DNA of 63,813 nucleotides, filler included, from Thraustochytrium aureum (Eukaryota): assembly GCA_012862495.1 (NCBI GenBank). It is 7 parts of 4 records of this genome, joined end to end, with 100 filler letters (N's around TTAATTAATTAA, not from the genome) between each part and the next. Parts side by side here need not be neighbours in the genome. Positions count along the whole stretch, not along the records: positions 44,849 to 59,276 come from BLSG01000257.1; positions 59,377 to 61,505 come from BLSG01000268.1; positions 61,606 to 62,652 come from BLSG01000274.1; positions 62,753 to 63,813 come from BLSG01000280.1; 3 more parts are not named here. One strand, written 5' to 3'. Position numbers and translations under genes: made by a program. Position 1 is the stretch's first letter; each line of letters begins with the position of its first letter. Of this stretch, positions 56,207 to 63,813 are shown in pieces. A model generated the notes under the pieces. It saw nothing but the letters and a program-made list of their open reading frames with translations, searched no databases and was not told where the DNA came from.

Positions 56207-57118
56207 CTAACGTTCGCGCTTGGCGACCGAACAAGACGCATTATGTCCCTGCCACCTGTCGGCTCTCCTTGCCGGCCAGTCAGACGAGCCCGAGGCGATC
56301 CTCGCGCGCCGNNNNNNNNNNNNNNNNNNNNNNNNNNNNNNNNNNNNNNNNNNNNNNNNNNNNNNNNNNNNNNNNNNNNNNNNNNNNNNNNNNNNNNNNN
56401 NNNNNNNNNNNNNNNNNNNNNNNNNNNNNNNNNNNNNNNNNNNNNNNNNNNNNNNNNNNNNNNNNNNNNNNNNNNNNNNNNNNNNNNNNNNNNNNNNNNN
56501 NNNNNNNNNNNNNNNNNNNNNNNNNNNNNNNNNNNNNNNNNNNNNNNNNNNNNNNNNNNNNNNNNNNNNNNNNNNNNNNNNNNNNNNNNNNNNNNNNNNN
56601 NNNNNNNNNNNNNNNNNNNNNNNNNNNNNNNNNNNNNNNNNNNNNNNNNNNNNNNNNNNNNNNNNNNNNNNNNNNNNNNNNNNNNNNNNNNNNNNNNNNN
56701 NNNNNNNNNNNNNNNNNNNNNNNNNNNNNNNNNNNNNNNNNNNNNNNNNNNNNNNNNNNNNNNNNNNNNNNNNNNNNNNNNNNNNNNNNNNNNNNNNNNN
56801 NNNNNNNNNNNNNNNNNNNNNNNNNNNNNNNNNNNNNNNNNNNNNNNNNNNNNNNNNNNNNNNTGTTCGAGGAGGGTGGCACAGTTGCAACGACACTCTC
56901 TCCAGCCAGAGTCCACTTGGCGCGCCGGCAAGCCAGCCAGGCACCAGGCGGTGGGGCTCGCGTCGGCACGGCCCCCGTCGCGCTCGGCGCTCCGGCTGCC
57001 GCCCGCCTGTGCACTGCGAGAGGCTTGGAGGCTTGGAGGCCTGGTTTTGGTTTGACTGGTTGATCTGGTTTGATCAGGTCCTCTTGGACGGCGGCGCGCT
57101 CGCGGTTGGCTCGGAGGG

Positions 57119-58985
57119 ATGAGGGCCTGGGGATGGCCGGGGCGGCGGGCGCTGACCGGGTGGGCCGCCGGGCCGACGTCGAGGTGCGCCCACGCGGCAG
57201 GCATGATTCGGACGCGCAGGAAAGCGCGGTGGGGCGGCGTTTCGCCGGCGCAAGACGCTGCGGAGAGGTGGGCGGAGCAGCGCGAGCAGCTGGTGACGGC
57301 CAGAGGCAGGCCGAGCCGCCTCGCGCTGTTCAGTAGCCACGCGAGCTCGCGTGCTCCAGGGGGGAAGATCGACGACAACAAGCTGCCAGGTTTTGCACGG
57401 CGTGATTCGCTGCCAGGGAGCCGGCACGGGGAAGTGCCGGGAGCCACGCAGCCGTCGCATGCTGCCGCGGCGCTGAGCTGGACGACCGTGCAGCGCGCGC
57501 TCGTGGGCAACAGCGTTATCACGGTCCTCAAGTTTGGAGCGTGGTTTCAGACCGGCTCATCTGCGATGCTCTCCGAGGCAATTCACACCCTGGCGGACAG
57601 CGGGAACCAGGCTCTGCTTCTGGCTGGGCTGCACCAGTCTTCGCACGCCCCGGACAAGAGGTTCCAGTACGGCTATGGGCGCGCTGCCTTCTTTTGGGCT
57701 CTGGTGTCGGCTCTGGGGATGTTTTGGACTGGCGCCGGCGTGACAATTTTTCATGGCGGATACCAGCTGCTCCATCCAGAGGCGCACTCTGTGGAGATGT
57801 CAGCGTCGCTCTGGGGCGTGCTGGCGGTGTCGTTTCTGGTCGACGGTTGGGTGTTGGGAACGACTTTGCGCGAGCTCCGCGAGAGCAAGCCGGCTGGGAT
57901 CAGCATGCTCGCGCACCTGCGAACGATTCGTGATCCGTTTGTGCTCGCCGTCGTGCTGGAGGACTTTACTGCGTGCACAGGGGTGCTAATTGCGACGGCG
58001 GGCCTTGCTGCGACCTATGTAACCGGAAACCCATACTATGACGCCATGGCGAGCGTCGCCATCGGGGGGCTGCTGGGCTTTGTCGCGCTCCGGCTCGTGC
58101 GGACCAATCAGCAGTTCCTCTTGGGCCAAGCCGTCGACACCGAGACGCTCAAGGGCATCCGGGCGCTGCTATACGAGCGCCCAGCAGTTGAAGCGGTCTA
58201 TGGTGTGCAAAGCCAGTGGGTTGGGCCGTCGACGTTTTCATACAAGGCTGAGGTCGACTTTGATGGAACATATTTGGCGGCCCATCTTGAGGAGAAGTAN
58301 NNNNNNNNNNNNNNNNNNNNNNNNNNNNNNNNNNNNNNNNNNNNNNNNNNNNNNNNNNNNNNNNNNNNNNNNNNNNNNNNNNNNNNNNNNNNNNNNNNNN
58401 NNNNNNNNNNNNNNNNNNNNNNNNNNNNNNNNNNNNNNNNNNNNNNNNNNNNNNNNNNNNNNNNNNNNNNNNNNNNNNNNNNNNNNNNNNNNNNNNNNNN
58501 NNNNNNNNNNNNNNNNNNNNNNNNNNNNNNNNNNNNNNNNNNNNNNNNNNNNNNNNNNNNNNNNNNNNNNNNNNNNNNNNNNNNNNNNNNNNNNNNNNNN
58601 NNNNNNNNNNNNNNNNNNNNNNNNNNNNNNNNNNNNNNNNNNNNNNNNNNNNNNNNNNCTTGAGGAGAAGTACGCCCCGCTCTTCCAGGTGGCCACGGAG
58701 CGGGAGGACGTTGAAGTGCTCATGAGCTGGTATGCCGAGGACGTGACGCGGCTGGTTGAGCAGGAAGTCCGGCAGATCGAGAAGGCGATCCGTGCAAGGT
58801 ACCCGTCGGCGGCATTCATCGAGCTCGAGCCGGACAGCAAGTATTCAGATGTGAACGCGCTCCCGGCGGATACTGGGGCAGACTCGGCGTCCTTCTCGCA
58901 CGAGCGTGACGAGCTTGACCGCTTTGATAAGATCATCTCCGCAGAAGGGAGCGGGCCCAGGTCGCGCGCTGAGTTGAAGAAGTGA
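57119..58985 (+). CDS. Cation diffusion facilitator, ZnT9/SLC30A9 (MTP7)-like; start uncertain
   Basis: ALVGNSVITVLKF.AW..TGSSAMLSEAIHTLADSGNQ, PD..F.YGYGR, VVLED, YDAMAS..IG.LLG, YKAEVDFDG, EV.QIE..IR..YP...IELE. Confidence 0.9.
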
Positions 58986-59276
58986 GCGACAAGGTGAGCT
59001 TCTGGTCGGCGTCTGTGTGTCTTTGGTTCTCGGTGGAGGTCTGCTACTCTTACGCTTTTGCATTTTGCAGGCAAGGCACCGTGCAACTATTGCAAACATT
59101 TACAAGACTCGGGCAGGCGATATACAATCTACGTTTTCGCTGCGTCGCAGCGGCTGGGAGCATCGAGCTTCTAAAGGCCGGCTGCAGGGGCTGCTGAGGG
59201 AGCGGGCGAATTGTAGTTAACCGAAGGAAAATACATTTATTGTTGGCCGTGTGCTCGCATTAGCGGCGGATGATAA

Positions 59277-59376
59277 NNNNNNNNNNNNNNNNNNNNNNNN
59301 NNNNNNNNNNNNNNNNNNNNTTAATTAATTAANNNNNNNNNNNNNNNNNNNNNNNNNNNNNNNNNNNNNNNNNNNN
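59277..59376. other. Artificial scaffold-joining spacer
   Basis: TTAATTAATTAA at 59321-59332 flanked by N runs. Confidence 0.97.
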
Positions 59377-59575
59377 CCTCTTGGTCGTCCTCGACGGTCT
59401 CCTGGTCGTCCTCGACGGTCTCCTGGCGCTCTTCAGCGCGTCCAGGACCTCCTCTAGCGCGACCTCCACGTCGCCGATGCTCCTCAGCGCGACGTGAGCG
59501 TCGTCCTCGAGTGCCTGTTGGTCGTCGTCCTCGAGGGCCTGCTGGTCTCTCGCGGTGGTCCTCGAGGGCGTCCTT
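59377..59575 (-). repeat. Repetitive acidic stretch (21-bp TGGTCGTCCTCGACGGTCTCC x2; ALED-like units), possibly the start of a truncated gene
   Basis: Minus-strand frames read ALEDDDQQALEDDAHVAL..ALEEVLDAL and ETVEDDQETVEDDQE; not continuous in one frame. Confidence 0.4.
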
Positions 59576-60014
59576 GGCGTTGGGGATCTGCCTGCCTGCC
59601 GCTCCCGCGCCTCCACCGGCGCTCCCCGCGGCGTTGCGGGTCTGCTGGCAGTGGTCCTGTGCGGCTTCGCTGCGCGTTGCTCTGGCCCGCGTCGTCTGGG
59701 CGTCGGCGGATCGGGCTGGCGTGGGATGGATGGATGGATGGACGAGTGAGCGGATGGCGAGCGAGGGAGGGAGGGACGGTGGGGTGGCCTGCAGATGCCG
59801 ATCGGCCGCGAGCGCGCTATGTGACGAGCGCTGGGCGCCGAGGCCTCTGGGGGGTTGCGGGGGAGCGCTGCGCTGGCCTGGCCTGCTGGCCCTCGGGCCC
59901 TGGGCTGGTCTCGCCTGCTCGCGCTGGGGCGGACCTGACGTGGGGCGGCTCGTGTGGACGCGACGGCGCGCGAGGCGAGGGCGACGCTGGGCGGCCGGGG
60001 CTGCTCTGGGCACG

Positions 60015-60857
60015 ATGGCAGAGGGCGCCGTGGACGTGACGCTCGAGGTGGGTTGCGGAGGTTTTTGGGGGGGTGGCGAGCGAAGGCTGGACGAAGCTGA
60101 CCTTGGACGTGCGCACTTGTGCAGGCGTATGACCCGACGCAAGTGAAGCTCATGGAGGAGCGGATCATTGTGGTCGACGAGAACGACGCTGTGCTGAGGC
60201 CCGGGTCGAAACGCGAGTGTACGTTTTGGAGCTAACGCGATCGCTTGCAGGTGTCGAATTGGTGCTGACAGCCTGGCAGGTCACCTGAACGAGAACATCG
60301 ACAAGGGCCTGCTTCACCGCGCGTTTAGCGTGTTCCTGTTCGACCAGGACAACAGGTTGCTGCTTCAGCAGCGGTCCGACAAGAAAATCACGTTTCCGTT
60401 GTACTGGGCCAACACTTGTTGCAGCCACCCGTTGCACACGGAAGGCGAAATGGAGCTGCGCGACGGATTGGGCGTCAAGCGCGCGGCGGTTCGCAAGCTG
60501 GGCCACGAGCTGGGCATCCCGCCGGAGCAGCTGCCGCTGGACCAGTTCCACTACCTCACCCGCATCCACTACGTGGCCAAGGAGGAGGGCCAGTGGGGCG
60601 AGCACGAGATCGACCACGTGCTGGTGATCAAGGCAGACGTTAGTGTCAATCCGCAGCCCAACGAGGTGCGCCAGGTCCGCTACTTTAGCGAAGCCGAGCT
60701 CGCGCAGTTCCTCGCTGATGCCAAGGAAACCGGCGAGCAAGTCTCGCCATGGTTTGGCTACATCCAAGGCCTGTTTCTGGGCAGGTGGTGGGCGGCGCTG
60801 CGGGAGGGCACGCTCGCTCAATGCCAAGATCACGAAACCATCTACAGGATGAAGTGA
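60015..60857 (+). CDS. IDI1: Isopentenyl-diphosphate delta-isomerase type 1; exons 60015-60047, 60125-60218, 60280-60857
   Basis: Splicing two GT-AG introns gives MAEGAVDVTLEAYDPTQVKLMEERIIVVDEND..GSKRECHL...LLHRAFSVFLF..LLLQQRSDKKITFP.YWANTCCSHPL..WGEHEIDH..PNEV..SPWF. Confidence 0.96.
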
Positions 60858-61141
60858 GATGGTTTGGCGCAAGCGTAGTGCGTAGTTACCGAGGCGAGGC
60901 CCGGGGCAACGCAGCGAGCGATTGAACCTGCGCGCGACGTCCCTAGGCCTAGCCCTTTCGCCAGCGCCCTCGTGCTCCGGCTAGCGCCGACCAAAGGGAA
61001 AGTGATGCACCAGACCCCTTCTCGTTGTTCTTTCTCTCTTTTGCCGCACTCTACTCACTCAAGCTCACATGAGATCTCGAGTTGCGTCGCTTGGTGCTAG
61101 GTCACAGACAACCAGCCAGTCGCAGGCCGCAGCGTCGGCGA

Positions 61142-61505
61142 TCAGTACGCGCGAGACATGAGGTAGGGCACGAGCGGAAAGGTTGCCTCGCCCATCAGCA
61201 TGAACGACTGCGGGCTGTCCTGGTCCGTCGCGCTCACCACATCGTTGTCCTGAAGCGTCCAGCCGACCATGAGGGGATCGAACCGCGGGTTGTGCACGCA
61301 GAGCACGCGCTCAGTGCGGTCTGCGGGGTTGTCTTTGCTGCGTGAGGCGAGGCCGTGAAATTGGCACAGCCCGTGCGTGAGCAACCTGTAAACTCCGCTC
61401 TTGAAAACAAGCTCCACCGCAGGTGCGGCACCCTCGTCCATGCAAACGCGCGCTTCGCGCTTGAGCGCGCGCGCCAGCGTGGACCCGACAACAACCTTGG
61501 TCAAG
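61142..61505 (-). CDS. 3' fragment of an unknown protein, weakly C2-domain-like
   Basis: Open frame from the scaffold edge; RTERV..HNPRFD and LMGEATFPL resemble C2 strands. Confidence 0.35.
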
Positions 61506-61605
61506 NNNNNNNNNNNNNNNNNNNNNNNNNNNNNNNNNNNNNNNNNNNNTTAATTAATTAANNNNNNNNNNNNNNNNNNNNNNNNNNNNNNNNNNNNNNN
61601 NNNNN
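61506..61605. other. Artificial scaffold-joining spacer
   Basis: TTAATTAATTAA at 61550-61561 flanked by N runs. Confidence 0.97.
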
Positions 61606-62289
61606 TGACGCGACGGCGGCCGTGGCGCTGGGCTCTGGCGATGCCGATCGCGAGCTGGAGCGCGAGCCCTGGCTCGAGGTGGTGTCGGTCCTTGCTCGCT
61701 TGGGCTCTCTGGGCGTTTTGGGAGTGGAGCGGGAGATGACCATAAATAGCTCCTCAACGCTGCGAATCGCCGAGCGGAGCCAGGGGTGCACGACGAAGGG
61801 CTGGCTGTTGACGAGCTTGAGGAGGAACTTGTCTTTGGTGTGAAAGCCCGTGATTTTGTCGTGCTTTTTGAGGATTTTTGTGAAGCCCGCATAGTTGAGG
61901 ACCGCATAGTTTTCGAGCATGAGGAGCTCCATGTGCACGGCGGTGCACTGGTTGATGAGGTCTACGTAGCCGTTTTCCCGGTCCGTGTTGGCGTCCTTGG
62001 CCTGGCGGGACTTGAGCTTGACGAGCCGGCCCAGCGCGCGGTGCTCGAGTTCCTTGTAGCAATTGGCGACCTTTTTCAGTTCGCGGCGCAGCATCATGAA
62101 GAACCGCCGCTCCACCTCGGAGCCCTTGAGCAATGTTTCTTGGTCGCTCGAGCTGGACACGCCCTCCTCGTCGCGCGGCGGGATCCTCTTGATCAGCTTT
62201 TTCAGCCGCTTGTAGTCGAGCCACATCTCCTCGCGGCAGACGCTCGTCGACGACGTCGACGCCAGCAGGATCTGCTTGCCAAACTTCAT
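61606..62289 (-). CDS. SPX domain protein (phosphate/inositol pyrophosphate sensor), 3' partial
   Basis: MKFGK, WLDYKRLKKLIK, ERRFF..L..EL.KV...Y, LENYAVLNYAGFTKILKKHDK.TG. Confidence 0.95.
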
Positions 62290-62652
62290 CTTGCCGTCCG
62301 CCGCCTTGGCGAGCGCGACACGAGTCACCTACGGACCCGCCGGGGGGCCCGGCCTCCCGAGGCCAGCGTCCTCCGTCCACGCAGCCCCGCGCGCGCGTCC
62401 CAGCGTCCAGCCCCGCCGAGGCGCTTGGCCCGGTGCCCGCGGTGGCCAAGTGGCGACGTGGCCGAGGGCCTGCACAACACGCTCGGCCCGAGCGCCACAA
62501 AAAAACAAAAAAACAGGAGCAACCGGCGCACACGCTCGAGCCGCGCCGTGCCCGCCGCCGCACCACGCGCTCCTTTCGCCGCACCCCCTGCGCGCGCCTG
62601 CGCACCACCGGCGTCTGCTCCCTCCTCAACTCTGCTCGCTCGCGCCTCCCTC

Positions 62653-62752
62653 NNNNNNNNNNNNNNNNNNNNNNNNNNNNNNNNNNNNNNNNNNNNTTAA
62701 TTAATTAANNNNNNNNNNNNNNNNNNNNNNNNNNNNNNNNNNNNNNNNNNNN
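62653..62752. other. Artificial scaffold-joining spacer
   Basis: TTAATTAATTAA at 62697-62708 flanked by N runs. Confidence 0.97.
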
Positions 62753-63046
62753 CTGGACGTGACCGATCCAGTCAAGTGCGCCTGCACGATATCGACCGGC
62801 GAGGGCGCTGGCGCACGCACCTTGGAGGACGTGCGGCAGCGCCAGCTCGACACTGCGCTCCCGAAACGCGGCGGAGTGGTCATGATTGTGGCCGGGCCGG
62901 GCCGGGGCGAGAAGGGCAAGCTCGTGGACAGGGACGGCTCGCGGGGCGAGGCCAAGGTGCAGCTCGCAGGAGACATGTCGGTCGTGAGGTGCAGGTTTGA
63001 CCAGGTGGCCGAGTTCTGCTTTGGCGACGCGAGCGACGAGTTTTAG
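62753..63046 (+). CDS. GPKOW: C-terminal KOW region of a GPKOW/MOS2 (Spp2-related) splicing factor, 5' partial
   Basis: LEDVRQRQLDTALPKRGGVVMIVAG..RG..G.LV.RD...A.VQL......FDQVAEF matches the MOS2/GPKOW C-terminus; KIN17 is the alternative. Confidence 0.75.
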   Translation: MDVTDPVKCACTISTGEGAGARTLEDVRQRQLDTALPKRGGVVMIVAGPGRGEKGKLVDRDGSRGEAKVQLAGDMSVVRCRFDQVAEFCFGDASDEF

Positions 63047-63147
63047 GTGCTTTTGCTTTTGTTGTTGTGAAAAGCGCTGTTTGTTAGAGTTTACAAACGA
63101 ATAGACGAGAAACCAACCGGGCGGCCGGGCCGGCCGGGCCGGCGCAG

Positions 63148-63813
63148 CTAGGTCTCGGCGGCACCGTCCGGCTCCTCTTGGACGCGGCCGCGCTGCTCCT
63201 GCTCGCGGGCCTGCGCCCGCTCGCGCTCCTCCTGCTGCGCGATGATCCCGCCAATCGTACCGCCCTTGATGGCCAGAATGTCTGGGCAGTTTGAACAGGT
63301 CTGTCAGCCGGACGGCCGAAGAGTTTGAGCGGGCAAACGGAAAAAAAACTTACGTGCAGCGCTGCCGTAGCCGCAGCGGCGCGTCATCTCGCCCGCGTCG
63401 TCGCCACACAGCGAGTAGAGAAACTCGCCCATGCAGCGCTTGATGTTGGACTCGAGGCATGTCAAGAACGAGATGAGTCGCCCCCCGAACGAGTCTTTCG
63501 GGGTGCACCCCTCCATCTTCCTGTTGTTGAGCGCGGCCTGCACCTCGTTGTCGCTGAGGCCCGCAAGGTCGGGCGCGGACGATTCCTCCGCAAACACGCG
63601 CGCGCGCATCTCCTCGAGCGCCTGGGGACAGTTCTGAGCGAGGCTCGTGCAAGCAATCACGAGCGGCAGCATGCGCTGAAAGTGCCGCACACTCACTACC
63701 GAGGGGCCACCCAATACGACAGCGGACCGCTCCTCCAAGAGGTCGAGAAGGGCCTTGCAGCCGCCCTGCTCGTACAGAAAGCCCGCGAACCCCTTGTTTG
63801 CCGCCGCAAGCAT
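63148..63813 (-). CDS. RIC8: Ric-8/synembryn (G-alpha GEF/chaperone) C-terminal part; intron 63282-63353
   Basis: RLISFLTCLESNIKRCMGEFLYSLC..D......CGYGSAA|HILAIKG matches Ric-8 LVRLMT.....VK..AAEFLFVLC......GYGNAAGLL. A GTAAGT...GCTGAC...CCCAG intron restores the frame to TAG at 63148. Confidence 0.8.

Noticed and set aside
61142..61200. HARBI1/PIF transposase remnant (MGEATFPLVPYLM resembles GDSAYPL.P.LM)
   Set aside because: The catalytic Asp is absent, no other DDE motifs or TIRs are seen, and the protein ends immediately afterwards.
1..63813. tRNA, rRNA, snRNA genes, retroelements or viral insertions
   Set aside because: No cloverleaf, rRNA signature, RT, integrase or capsid motif recognised by eye; tRNAscan-SE and Infernal were not run, and a substantial part of the window is N.

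Overview
GC-rich, gene-dense eukaryotic nuclear DNA from a fragmented draft assembly. Six artificial 100-nt spacers (N44-TTAATTAATTAA-N44) join seven unrelated scaffolds (about 1-15520, 15621-23605, 23706-44748, 44849-59276, 59377-61505, 61606-62652, 62753-63813), so gene order across spacers means nothing. A tubular mastigoneme (Sig1/Ocm-type) gene, CFAP57, an Sfi1-repeat protein and few short GT-AG introns point to a flagellated stramenopile, plausibly a thraustochytrid/labyrinthulomycete (inference). About 27 coding regions are recognisable, including an Rrp6-like exonuclease, SDR, SET protein, secreted subtilisin, O-fucosyltransferase, Trm3/TARBP1, PI-PLC-X, CTDSPL2-like protein, ARMH3, eIF4G, RPA12, SEH1, RPL17, H2A.Z, a group-IV PLP decarboxylase, MATE, a ZnT9-like CDF, IDI1, SPX, GPKOW and Ric-8. 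Many genes carry single-base frameshifts, mostly in G/C runs, which I read as sequencing errors. I found no RNA genes, CRISPR array or intact mobile element, and no convincing new multi-gene system. Best leads: a degenerate pseudo-kinesin, a pseudophosphatase, an Rrp6 with an atypical N-terminus, a subtilisin with an appended PA and Cys-rich module, an atypical PLP decarboxylase next to a MATE exporter, a possible recursive (AG|GT) mini-intron in IDI1, stramenopile Ric-8, and recurrent cis-motifs (ACCTAAC in divergent promoters, CTAG/(CT)n-(AG)n hairpins after stop codons). All family calls come from motif recognition by eye; no database searches were run.
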